This document shows, piece after piece, positions 37,771-48,476 of a stretch of DNA of 64,000 nucleotides. The DNA is from Camelus ferus (taxonomy: Eukaryota), in NCBI RefSeq assembly GCF_009834535.1, contig NC_045696.1, forward strand, positions 59,398,001-59,462,000, written 5' to 3'. Numbering within the stretch: the stretch's first letter is position 1; every line of letters starts with the position of its first letter. Under the pieces are notes generated by a model that saw nothing but the letters and a program-made list of their open reading frames with translations, did not search any database and was not told the origin of the DNA. A program made the position numbers and the translations under genes.

Positions 37771-38615
37771 ACTGAGTCCTCCCTACCCACACATCTCACA
37801 ATGGGCTGGGTTGTCCTTTGCCTCCTGTGGCTACTGTTTCTCCAGTCATATTGTTATATTCCACTCTGTGTGAGCCCCAGGCTTCCACCTCCAACCCCCT
37901 AACAGAACTCAGTTGGACCCCAGAAAGGACTTTCCAACTGAGAAGTAAAATTTGGCAATGAGTTGCTGAAGAAGGGAGTATGTTCCTTCCCATGGGATAA
38001 GTGTAACTCACCCACTGTCCATTGTGGGCTGATGATGGTGACACTGGAGGGGAAGGAGATGGAGAAGGGTATGGTACTCAGCTTTGCTTCTCACCTGGCG
38101 ATTTTTGCTTTTCCCATTTATAGAATGAAGACGAACAGTTGTTGTGCCACAAAGAAGAAAGGCAAAAAGAATTATTTAGGACATTGTGGCCCACCTTGAT
38201 ATTAACTAACCTATTCAACAGATATTTACTGAATGTCTACTGGATGCCAGACACTGTGCTAGCACTAGAAGTGCAAAAAATAATTTTTTAAAAGCCCCTG
38301 TCTTCAGGTTCACAGCAGCAGGGATAATTGTTGCCTCTAAGGCATGGAGCTTTGTGTACATGGTGGGGGATGGCTTGGACTGTCCTCTCCTTGAAAGGGA
38401 TCCGGAAGGCCACACCCCTGGTCACCCCTGTGGCGTGGCGTCACGTGGAGGTGTCTTTCTGTTGTGGAGCCTCTCCTGTTCTTGGGCTGGGCTGGAGGAC
38501 CTGAACAAGGCATGACTTTCTGGCCCCGATGCAGTTGGAAAGCTGAGGGTGGGACCCAGGGCTTCAGCCATTGGGCCCTTTTCACCCTGACTCTTTCTGT
38601 TTTGTTCTCCAACAG

Positions 38616-38690
38616 GGTCTTTTCGGAATGATGGTTTGAAAGCTTCTGATGTCCTTCCCATCCTGAAGGAAAAAGTGGCCTTCGTGTCTG
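38616..38690 (+). CDS. KALRN: KALRN coding exon (canonical exon 2), start of Sec14/CRAL-TRIO domain
   Basis: Polypyrimidine tract and acceptor ctctttctgttttgttctccaacag|, donor |gtgagt at 38691. The 75-nt exon is phase 1-1 and translates (G)SFRNDGLKASDVLPILKEKVAFVS(G). This matches kalirin; the paralog TRIO reads ...EMKAMDVLPILKEKVAYLSG here. Confidence 0.97.
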
Positions 38691-39269
38691 GTGAGTGTCT
38701 ATTGAAGTTTCCTTTGTAATGGACCTAGAGAAGTTGTGTGTGTTTATGTATGTGTGCGTGCGTACGTGCATGTGTGCGGGCACTCACATCTCTGTGTGTT
38801 AGTGAGAGAGAGAGGGGTGGGGTGGCAGCGATGCTCAGGGCAGCTGCTTCCTCTCTCCAAAGGCAGGCAGAAAGGGAAGGGAGTGCTCTGGTCCCGGCTG
38901 GGTGTCGTGGAGGATGTTCATAACCACAAATGGAGGCCCCCCCAGAACCCCTTTCACACTCCGCACACAAATCCACCTCACCCCACCCCATTCTCCCAGG
39001 CCTGTCAGGCTCATAGGAGCTGCTGAGGCCCCTCTGAAAGATACTCCAGCTGGAGAGATCTGTCCTCTGCACACATTCCCAGAGGTTTTATTTGAGTTTG
39101 TCTCTGAGTGGGTTGTGGACAGGAGATTTAAATTTTTTCTGGCTCCTCCTTATCTCCCCTTCCAGCAAAGGGAACTCAGCTGAGTGTCTATTTATTTTTC
39201 TGAATAATATTCATTTCTTACTTCTCTCTCCAACTCATCCTGTGCACATGGTCCTTTTCATATCTAATT

Positions 39270-39975
39270 CAGAGGTCATCAAACTATAGCCTGTCTTTTG
39301 CTGCAGGTGAGCCACCTGTGTTTGTAAATAAAGTTTTATTGGAACATAGCCAAGTGCATTCATTTAATAGTACATTAGCTTCCTACTGCTGCTGTAATAA
39401 ATTGCCACAACCTTGGTGGCTTACAACAACAGAAATACATTCTCTCACAGTCATGGAGGCTGGAAGTCCACTGTCAGTTTACTGGACTGAAATCAAGGTG
39501 TCAACAGGGCTGTGTTCCCTCCGGAGGCTCTAGGGGAGAATTTGTTTCTTTCCACTTCCAGCTTCTGGGAGCGGCCAGCATCCCTTGGCTTGTAGCTGCA
39601 TCAATCCCATCTCTGCTTTCATGGTGGTATTGCCTTCTCCTCTCTGTCTGTGTTAAATCTCCTTCTGCCTCACCGTGGGGATACCTGTGACTACATTTAG
39701 GTCCCCCTTAGATATTCCAGGATATTCGTCCCAGTACAAGAGCCTTAACATAATCACTATCTGCAAAGACTCTTTTTCCAAAAAAGGGTAAAATTTACAG
39801 GTTCCAGGGATTAGGACTCGATATGTTTGGGGGCCATTATTCCACCCACTTCAAGTATTGTCAATGGCCACTTTGTTACTATAACAACAGAGTTGAGTAG
39901 TTTCAGCAGAGACCAGATGGCCGCAAGCCTAAATATTTACTGTCTGGCCTTTAAGAAAGAGTTTGGTGACCCCTG
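39270..39975. mobile_element. MER58A-like MITE split by an MLT1D LTR
   Basis: Left half caaactatagcc...tttgtaaataaagttttattggaacatagcca (39270-39366). Right half cagagttgagtagtttcagcagagacc...gcctaaatatttactgtctggccttta...tttggtgacccctg (39854-39975). Confidence 0.85.
39370..39853 (-). mobile_element. MaLR solo LTR (MLT1D-like)
   Basis: ctgctgtaataaattgccacaaccttggtggcttacaacaacagaaatacattctctcacag...gaggctctaggggagaat...atctgcaaagactctttttcc...caggttccagggattaggac. Confidence 0.88.
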
Positions 39976-40469
39976 ATGTAATTGAAGCCAAACTATAAGG
40001 TGCACAGCATCACTCTGCATGCTGGTTCTAGGGCATCATTATAGGCTTCCTGGATCAGAGTCTCTGTCAGGGGCTGGGGAATGACAATGTGAGTAGCGAA
40101 GGATCGCATTTTAAGAAACACACCCAAGTGCTTAACTTCTGTGGACCATGGACTGAGCCTTTGTTTCTGAATGATTCTGGGCATCTACAAGGAGTGGTGA
40201 TGGAATCACAAGGAAAGAGCCTACACAGTCCCACAGTGCAGGGGTTCACTTTATAGGTACTACTGGCCTTGCTGATGGGCAACAGCTGAAACAGAGAGAA
40301 GGGAGAGAGAGGAGGGGGGTCTGGGGAAGGAGAAACCAAGCAGCAGTGTCTCCTACCTGACCAGAGGGAAGAGGCAAGACCACTGATTCAGGGTATAGGG
40401 GTAGGAGGTGTGGGCAGAGTATGTGATAAGAGTATGTAAGTCTTTGTAAGGTACTAAGTGCATTTCATA

Positions 40470-40473
<4 letters not shown>

Positions 40474-40509
<36 letters not shown>
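40474..40509 (+). repeat. (CAG)12 trinucleotide repeat
   Basis: Direct reading; flanked by caa and taacagtaacaaca. Confidence 0.95.
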
Positions 40510-40512
<3 letters not shown>

Positions 40513-42170
40513 CAGTAACAACATAGAGTTTTATTCTTTTTGTTGATGTTGGAGAGAGGAACTGGGAAGCTGCCTTTCTCCGTTAGTGTTACGTGCTTGT
40601 GTATCTTATGAGGTACTGAGCCCCTGTCACTGAATATGAAGAAGCACAGGCTGCTCCCTTGGCAGCAATCTCATTATGGGCAGAGGTGTAAGGCAGCCTC
40701 CAAAGCCTTTGTAAACATAGATCTGAGTGCTTGCTGAGTGTGTGGGAAGACCCTTTGTAGAAGTTCTGGGGCTGCTGAGCAGCACCAGACCTCTGACTTC
40801 TGCTGCTGCCCATGATCTGGGCTCCCAGGACATGGCCCACAGGTCTCCAGGAGCCCAATCAGATCTTTTCCTCTCCTTCTTTAATGCCTTAAGCCTTCTT
40901 AACCTGGTGACCTCCCTCTTCTCTGGGTGTCCTGCTAATTCTTCCATTTCTCTTATGTCTGTTGCTTCTTCTATCTATAGTGCCTTCCCCACACCTTCTG
41001 CCAGTTTGAGCCTTTCCTTTCCTTCCCACATCAGTTCCTACATTGCCTCCTCCAGGAGGCCTTCCTGGCTTTAATGCAGACCTTCTGAGCACCATCCTGT
41101 TCCACATCAGTTCAGGGCATATGAGTGCAGACACAGTATACTCTGACATGAGGACCCTTGCTTGATTATTCATGGTTTATTTTCTCTCACGTGAATGCCC
41201 TCAGAGCCCTGGGGCAGGGCCCAGCCAGCCCTAGAAAAGGGCTTCTCAAGTGGAGGGAGCTGTCCTAATGGAGCACAGAGCAGCGTTGTGCCAGGAAGGC
41301 AGTCAGGCATGAGGCAGGTAGACGCTTCCCAGAATAGAAGTAAGGAGATTGGGGGTAGCAGCTACACCCGTGTGCCGATGGGGGCCGAGTGGCTTGGGGT
41401 AGGTCTTATTCATCTGCACATGATGCTGGGAGCTTTGGGGCTTAGGGAACATTGTCCTTCTGTGCCTGGGAAGGACCCTGAGGGCGCCAGGGAGATGACT
41501 AGCTATGTCTAAAAAAACAAAAACAAAAGCAAAAAACAAACCATAAAAGGCTCTTGTGTCCTAAGCTTTTAGAAGACAGAACACAAAAATAAAACAAAAT
41601 AAAGAAACCCAGAATTAAGTAATTCAGTCTTGCAGTTAACACTTCTTTCTGGGAGGAGGCACTGTGGGAAGTGGTGGGCAGAGAAACACAGTGCTGGCTG
41701 AGCCCCCTCCCTTGCTGGTGCCCCAGCGTGGCCAGGGTAGTGGGAATAGACATTTGGAATAATCCAGCCCAGCCCAGCCCAGCAGCCTCTGCGTGTAGGC
41801 GTGTGCACGTATGCAGGACAGGATCTGTGGCTGTGCTGGGGAGGGGGAGCCTCCATCATTCCCGCCCTGCCCCATCCTGCTCTCCCTTTCTTTGCCCTCT
41901 CCCCAGCTTCCTTCATGTGCTGTGCCTACCAGTTACAGCACCCATTGCCCCTTTTCACCCCTGTTGTCTCTGTGTGCGCTCACACCCTCCTTGTGGCCAC
42001 CCCCTGCCGTCCCCTCTGCCACCTTATCTCCTATCAACAGCATGCCCTTTGTTCCCAGGGAAACTCCAGGCGGCTGTGGCACAATCTTTTATACTCTGGA
42101 CCCGAGTCTCAGAGAGTGTTCCATAGAACAACAGTGGCATGAAATGATTTTCAAAAAATAAAAAGGGGTT

Positions 42171-42258
42171 GAGGGGGCATGTATAGCTCAGTAGCAGAGC
42201 GCATGCTTAGCATGCATGAGGTCCTGGCTTTAAACCCCAGTACTTCCATCAAGAAAAC
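42171..42258 (+). mobile_element. Camelid tRNA-derived SINE (Vic-1 type, short tail)
   Basis: gggggcatgtatagctcagtagcagagcgcatgcttagcatgcatgaggtcctggctttaaaccccagtacttcca plus A-rich tail. TSD aaaaataaaaaggggtt / aaaaagaaaaagaggtt. Confidence 0.85.
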
Positions 42259-45065
42259 AAAAAGAAAAAGAGGTTCTACTCTCAAATAAGTTTGGAAAGT
42301 GCTGCCTATTATAGCCCCTTCTTGGAGATTTGCCATGTTTATTAAAGCGCATGCCCGTCAAGCACATGAAAGCATTTCCCAAATAACAGAACAACTCATT
42401 TCCTTAAAAATATGTGTATCCATTAACAACTTGCAGAGCTATAGTTACTTGGGCCAAATTGTGGGTGTGATTCTCTAGATGTGTTTTCTTGTCCTCCCAG
42501 ACTACCCCAATCTGCTTGCCCTAACTGGAGCCTGACTCCCCCTGAAAAATGAAGCACTGTCCCCCTCCACCTCCATCAGGGAAGCCTTAACTTCTCCTGC
42601 TTTCGGGTTGCCTCCTCCCCAGCCCCGTCCTATCCTGTAGCTCCCAGCACCAAGCTTTGACTGAGTAGGCAAACTGCAGGTGCTAGATGAGCAAGGAGAC
42701 AGCGCTTTTGAAGATCCTACCACCATCTCTATTGCCTTTTAAAAACTTGGCTCCTTTTGTCTCCCTGCATCTGGGTCCACTTCTATAACTGAGGGCTCTC
42801 ATTCTTCACTTCTGCTTATCACCCTCTGGAACATCAGCACTCATGTCAATTATCAGTTAAATCCTACAGTTTCATTGCTCCTCAGCCTCTTTGGCACCAA
42901 AGTCTTCCATCTCCCGACTATGGTCATGCACATCTATGAACTTGACCCCTAGTATGTCTGTCTGTGGCCTCAGCCTCTTACCTTTGACCATTTCTCATGT
43001 TTCCCTACCAGTTGGGAGAGGATAGATATGAGATGAACCAAACAAATGCTGTTCCCTCTTCTCTGGAAACTCATAATCCAGCAGGCCATGTCCCACCCTC
43101 CCTGGGTCCTCCCCAGCTGTGTATCAGCTTTATTCTGCCTTTGCTCAAGGTAGAGCCTAGCATGGACACCATGGCCAGACCTTTCAATAGAGCTCTCACT
43201 CTGCCCCAATTCCTGCCCCGTACCCTTAAACCCACATCATACATAGTCCTGCTGTCCATTCTTGAGGGATGCTCTGCAACATTGGTCCACTCCTCCTTTC
43301 TCCCAGGACCTCAAGCTCACCCTGACCCACAACACTATTTCACCTAAAGAAATAATGTCCTGCAGGCAGGCTGAACTCTTCTCTTTCCATAATTTATCTT
43401 TGTTTCCTCCTCGCTCTGTGAGGTCTATCAGTCTGCTGCAGAGAAAGGGGCAGGACCCTCCCCTTGTACCTTCTCTGAAGCCTTGATCTGCCCATTGTCC
43501 CCACTCTTTCCAGCCTAATGATTCTCTTCTTCCATGCTCGTTCCTCCTCTTCTTCCTACAACTTGCAAGGTCACCTCCTTTCTGCAAAATACCTGGCTTG
43601 ATCCTGCTGCGCCTCTGGACTCCTTATCCATACTTCCTGGAGGGAAGGGATTACACTTCCCCAGGCCTTGTCCCCTTACCTCCTCTCCCCTGCACTCTGG
43701 GATCTTCCACAGCCAAAACTTATGAAACTCCTGTCTCCCAGGGCAGAACTGGCTGCTGAGAAGGAGGGACAGTGCCAACAGCCCTTTCAACCTCTTAGTT
43801 GGCCTTTACCATCAGACCAGCCTTGGCTCCCCATGTTTCCATAGTTCTACTCTTAAACTGTCCACAGAAGGTCAGGAGAAAGGCGACAGCTGCAGGTAAA
43901 ATACCCAAGAGTGACAATCCTTCCGGTGAGGTCAAGGCTGGAGGGGAAGTTTGAGAGTGTGGGAGAAACTCCCAGCTTTGGAGAAACTCTCCACTTGATC
44001 CCTTCACTTCCCTTTCCTCGTGTGGAAGTCATCTGGGAGACAGGAACCACTTCCAAGATAGATGAGATGGGGCTGGTTATCTGTACATATAACCAGGGCT
44101 TGTGCTATGGAAGGTTTGGAGTTGGGGGCCGGGGCCCAACTCTGTGGTATATTTACACAAATCTGCCCTGGTTGGGGGCTGTAGGGAGGGGACAGTGGTG
44201 CTTCTTTTTCAGGGCCAAGTCTCTCAGTGGCCCTGATCTTTTTTGATCTTTTCTCCTTGCAGTCTCCTTCTTTCTTCCTCAGGAGTAGGAATCCCTGGAA
44301 TGGATTGGATTTTGTTTGTTAGGCCTCTGTTCTGTCTTGTGGTTTCTGGACCCCACAATTAGAAGGAAACATTATTTGTGAACTTATACTTGGGTGGGGG
44401 CCCTGGGAGGCACTGCTTTTCCTTGGGAAACGTCCTTCTTCAGAGGGCCAAGCTTTAAGTTTCTTTTCCAGTATTGGTGGTGGCCATGCCAACCCCTCCT
44501 CCCTCTTGCATTAGATCCCCTTGTGGTCCCTGCTCTGGGGGATGTTGGGCTGCAGCCTGAGGTGCATGCAGGATGGGGCATCTCTGATCTTGACATAGAG
44601 GTTTTCTTTGTGTTATAGCCAGTGCCCATAAGGAGACGTTTACTAACCTTAGCTTCGTCCTGGTCTAACCCTCCTGAGAAACTTGATCCTGCTTTCTAAT
44701 CACAGCACCCATTAGTGAGTAATTTTTAAAATCTTAGAATAAATAGTGAATAGAAAATTTGAAAAATAGAGGAAAGAAAAAGCAACCACGTAAAATTTCA
44801 GCCTTCTGATAGCAAACAATGATCGTCATCTCAATATACTCCTTCTGGCTTGTTTTTTAACGTGATATTTAGAAAACATTTATAATTATAGTGTGTACAC
44901 ATGCATTTGCAGCGATTAAGACCTTGAGCATCCTTATTTCCAATAAAGATTCATTTGTTCCTTCAGCAGGAGTGACAGGTGGCACCTCAAGCAGGCAGGC
45001 AGGGTGGATCCTTGGCTGTGTAGAAAACACTTAGTGTCTTTTCTGTGAATCTAAAAACCTCCGAG

Positions 45066-45827
45066 TGAGGCTGTGGAGAAAACGGAACCCTCCTTCACTG
45101 CTGGTGGGAATGCAGTTTGGTGCAGCCACTGTGGAAAACAGTATGGAGATTCCTCAAAAGACTAGGAACAGACTTACCATATGACCCAGGAATCCTGCTC
45201 CTGGGCATATATCCAGAAGGAACCCTACTTCAGGATGACACCTGCACCCCAATGTTCATAGCAGCATTATTTACAATAGCCAAGACATGGAAACAGCCTA
45301 AATGTCCATCAACAGATGACTGGATAAAGAAGAAGTGGTATATTTATACAATGGAATACTACTCAGCCATAAAAACTGACAACATAATGCCATTTGCAGC
45401 AACATGGATGCTCCTGGAGAATGTCATTCTAAGTAAAGTAAGCCAAAAGAGAAAGAAAAATACCATATGAGATCGCTCATATGTGGAATCTAAAAAACAA
45501 AACAAAACAATACAAAACAAACAAAGCATAAATACAAAACAGAAATAGACTCACAGACATAGAATACAAACTTGTGGTTGCCAAGGGGGCGGGGGATGGG
45601 AAGAGATAGATTGGGATTTCAAAACTGTAAAATAGATAAACAAGATTATACCGTATAGCACAGGGAAATATATACAAGATCTTATGGTAGCTCACAGAGA
45701 AAAAAATGTGACAATGAATATATATATGTTCATGGATAACTGAAAAATTGTGCTCTACACTGGAATTTGACACAGCATTGTAAACTGATTATAAATCAAT
45801 AAAAAATGTTTAAATAAATAAATAAAT
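45066..45827 (+). mobile_element. Young 5'-truncated L1 (ORF2 C-terminus, 3'UTR and tail) with perfect TSD
   Basis: ORF 45117-45470 ([13 protein letters not shown]...[12 protein letters not shown]...[43 protein letters not shown]) is the L1 ORF2p C-terminus. AATAAA at 45798-45803 and a (TAAA)n tail. Identical TSD aaaaacctccgag at 45053-45065 and 45828-45840. Confidence 0.97.
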
Positions 45828-45994
45828 AAAAACCTCCGAGCAGTGACGTCCCGGGTGGTTGCTCGCAGGGCTTCTCACCATGGTAGTCAGTTAATCCTGA
45901 GCACTCCCCCTCACAGAGGTCTGCCAAGAGAAGTGAGCTGGAGATTGAATTTCCAAAGACCACAGCACTTTCAATGGCTTGTTTTCTCAATAAG

Positions 45995-46170
45995 AGCAGT
46001 TATCATCTCACATTTGTAGATAGTACTTTTCAAAGTGCTTCCTCATGTGCCATCTTAGGTCTTGCAGCAACCCTGTCATGTAGTCATCATTATGTTCATC
46101 TACACTTTGCAGATGAGGCATCAGAGAAGTCAAACGACTTGCTCAAGGTCACTCATGTTCCCCACATCCA
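45995..46170 (-). mobile_element. MIR (MIR3/MIRc-like)
   Basis: cacatttgtagatagtacttttcaaagtgctt...ctttgcagatgaggcatcagagaagtcaaacgacttgctcaaggtcac. Confidence 0.7.
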
Positions 46171-46319
46171 AACCCCATACCCTGGCCTTAAGTGGTTACC
46201 AGAATTTCTCTAGGTACCTGATTTCTGCCTGTTTCATCCAGCAATCAGGTGAATTCTTTTTCCTCGGTGGCACACTTTCTGGCTGGTTTTCTTAAACTCC
46301 CTTCTCTTCCTCACTGTAG

Positions 46320-46434
46320 GGGGCCGTGATAAACGAGGTGGGCCCATCCTAACCTTCCCTGCTCGCAGCAATCATGACAGAATAAGACAGGAAGACCTGC
46401 GGAAACTTGTAACCTATCTGGCCAGCGTGCCAAG
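46320..46434 (+). CDS. KALRN: KALRN coding exon (canonical exon 3), Sec14 domain
   Basis: Acceptor ctcccttctcttcctcactgtag|, donor ag|gtaagg at 46435. The 115-nt exon is phase 1-2 and translates (G)GRDKRGGPILTFPARSNHDRIRQEDLRKLVTYLASVP(S). It joins in frame to the 38616-38690 exon; KLVTYLASVP is kalirin-specific versus TRIO. Confidence 0.97.
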
Positions 46435-46909
46435 GTAAGGCGAAGGGGACGTCCTTCAGGGAGGGAGGGGGAAGCTGGACTGATGCAAGTGAGTTGGAAT
46501 GAGCCTGCATCCCTGCCAGGGGCCCTGCTGTTTCTGCCCTTGGACTTGATTCTGATTATTCCTGGAACGTCATCACCCATTGTTCGCCTCATTCCCACCA
46601 TTCCCATTGTTTCTGCTGGGATCATAGGAGTGGAGTGGGAGCTGAATGTGAGAACCATAGGCAGAGGTGAAGGTCCCAGGCTAAGAGGACCCAGGCAGGC
46701 CCTGGAAGAGGAGACAGTGTGGCCTGGGGAGGAGGGATGGGAAGCTGCTCTTTACCTCGGGGAAATGGAAATTCTGGCTGATTCGACTCTGGCTTGTGTA
46801 ATGGATTTTTTCTAAAACCTCTGGCCTGTGAATATGTTTGTGGCTTTTGGAGTTTAGGGCAAATAACTCCACTTATATCATGCAAGAGGCAGCCTTCAGC
46901 TTAATCCAG

Positions 46910-47150
46910 GTCATGCATTTTCAACAGGGGTAATATTGCCTCCAAGGGAGATGAAATTTGATTCTTGGGGATAGCAAAAAAACCTTACTCTTCTATGTAT
47001 TAAGCACAGCTATATACATAATACATAAACAGATATACAGTATATTCATGGTATTAAAATTTCATTGGGTGGGTGAATAAGGAAAAAAGTACAAAAAGTC
47101 CTTTTTGGGGTGAGAGGTGATGACTAAACAAATTTTGAGAAACACTGGTT
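46910..47150. mobile_element. hAT-Charlie MITE (MER106-like)
   Basis: ttttcaacaggggtaatattgcctccaaggg...atgtattaagcacag...acataaacagatatacagtatat...ttgagaaacactg. Confidence 0.7.
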
Positions 47151-47599
47151 TCTAAGTGTTTCCAGGTGGTGCTGGCCTCAGAGGGTAATGAGGGAGACAT
47201 GCCAAGGACATGGTCTGTATCTTTTAAGGAGGACAAGGAGGAGAGGCCTTTGCCTAGTAGGGGAATCATAGAACGTGAGAGCCAGAAGATCCCTAAGAAG
47301 TCATATAGACAAATACACGTCATGTTCTGCTTAGGCAACAGGGTCTGTGGGAGTTAGAGTTGCTTATGGGGGTAGTGGTGGTCAGTGGCAGAGCCTGGCG
47401 CAGAACTCAACCCTCCTGACTCCAGCACTCTCCCCATCCTCACTGGCAACCAGTGAGATCTCTGTTCTCTGTCTCTTAGGGGGGTTGGAGCCTGTTAAGT
47501 GTTTGTTGTGGCAAAGGAGAAGTGGCTTTCAGAACCTTCATCATTCTCTGTGCACTTTACAAGAGAATTAGTAAATGGCAGAAAGGAGCTCTGCCTTTG

Positions 47600-48070
47600 C
47601 TGGGAGACCTTGGATAACTGTTGAACATGCCCATTAAGTTCTTGGAGCAGGTGTCAAGTGAGGCAAACACTGCATTTGGAAGAGCTTCGGGGGGAGACGA
47701 TTGTTCAGGGGTTGGTGGGTGGTGATGGGCAGGTGGCAAAGAGGATTTAAGAGCAGTCGTCACATGCTTGGAAGGGTGTTGAAAAGAACAGGGAGACCTC
47801 AAGAGCTCCAAGCAGAAGGCTGTGAACAAATAGACATCGAATAGGGTTTTTTTTTTTTTCTTTATGGTATCCACAGGGAACCAGAAAAGATCTTAAGCTT
47901 CAATGAAAGTGATTTAGGTTATAGCCAAAGAAGAACTTCCAAACTGAATGCATGAGACATGGATGAAGAATAGAATAGAAGATTTTTTTTTCCCTTAGAG
48001 GTCTTTATATAGAAGAAATATTCCCATCTGTCTTGGAGGCAAGGAGATGGGTTAAATAACCCATGATTGA
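47600..48070 (+). mobile_element. L3/CR1 3' fragment
   Basis: gatttaggttatagccaaagaagaacttcc...tcccttagaggtcttta...ccatctgtct...ggaggcaaggagatgggttaaataacc. Confidence 0.55.
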
Positions 48071-48252
48071 TGTACTAATTTAGCAATTTAGTTATCTAAG
48101 GGTTAAGCAGTTTTAAAAGCAACTTCCCTAAGTATACTAGTAACAGGCATAAAACCAGACATTTTCTTAAGAAATTTACAGGAAAAGTTTTCATGGGGAC
48201 CCATGACAGACTCTGAGTTCAGTTAGAGCCAGAAGAAATTTGAGATGCTGAG

Positions 48253-48476
48253 ATATGAAGGGTATGTTTTTCTTTCTGGTAGGTTTATCACATCCCTGCA
48301 GCTAATGCACACTGATTTTTTTCTTTAGAAAAGAAGGTGAGAGAATTGGAAGAACACTTTTCTTAATTCTGACTTGTTAAGGAAAGATGGGACAAAACAG
48401 ATTGGAAGCAATTAAAAAGGAAAGGGTTTCTGCTGGGTGAAGGGGAACAAAACTCAAGAGGGGTTGAAAGGAAGGT
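48253..48476 (+). repeat. Copy 1 of a ~220-bp local direct repeat
   Basis: Aligns colinearly with 49416-49636, for example the identical block attggaagaacacttttcttaattctgactt. Confidence 0.9.

Larger units (their letters stand above)
38691..46319 (+). other. KALRN: KALRN intron 2 (7629 nt, GT-AG)
   Basis: Bounded by gtgagt and tgtag between the two in-frame exons. Confidence 0.93.

Noticed and set aside
45117..45470. 117-aa ORF as a host gene
   Set aside because: It is the C-terminal fragment of L1 ORF2p in a 5'-truncated insertion with no promoter, endonuclease or reverse transcriptase domain.
38616..46434. Assignment to TRIO instead of KALRN
   Set aside because: Diagnostic residues GLKASDV, AFVSG and RKLVTYLASVP match kalirin. 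As I recall it, TRIO has EMKAMDV, AYLSG and RRLISYLACIP.
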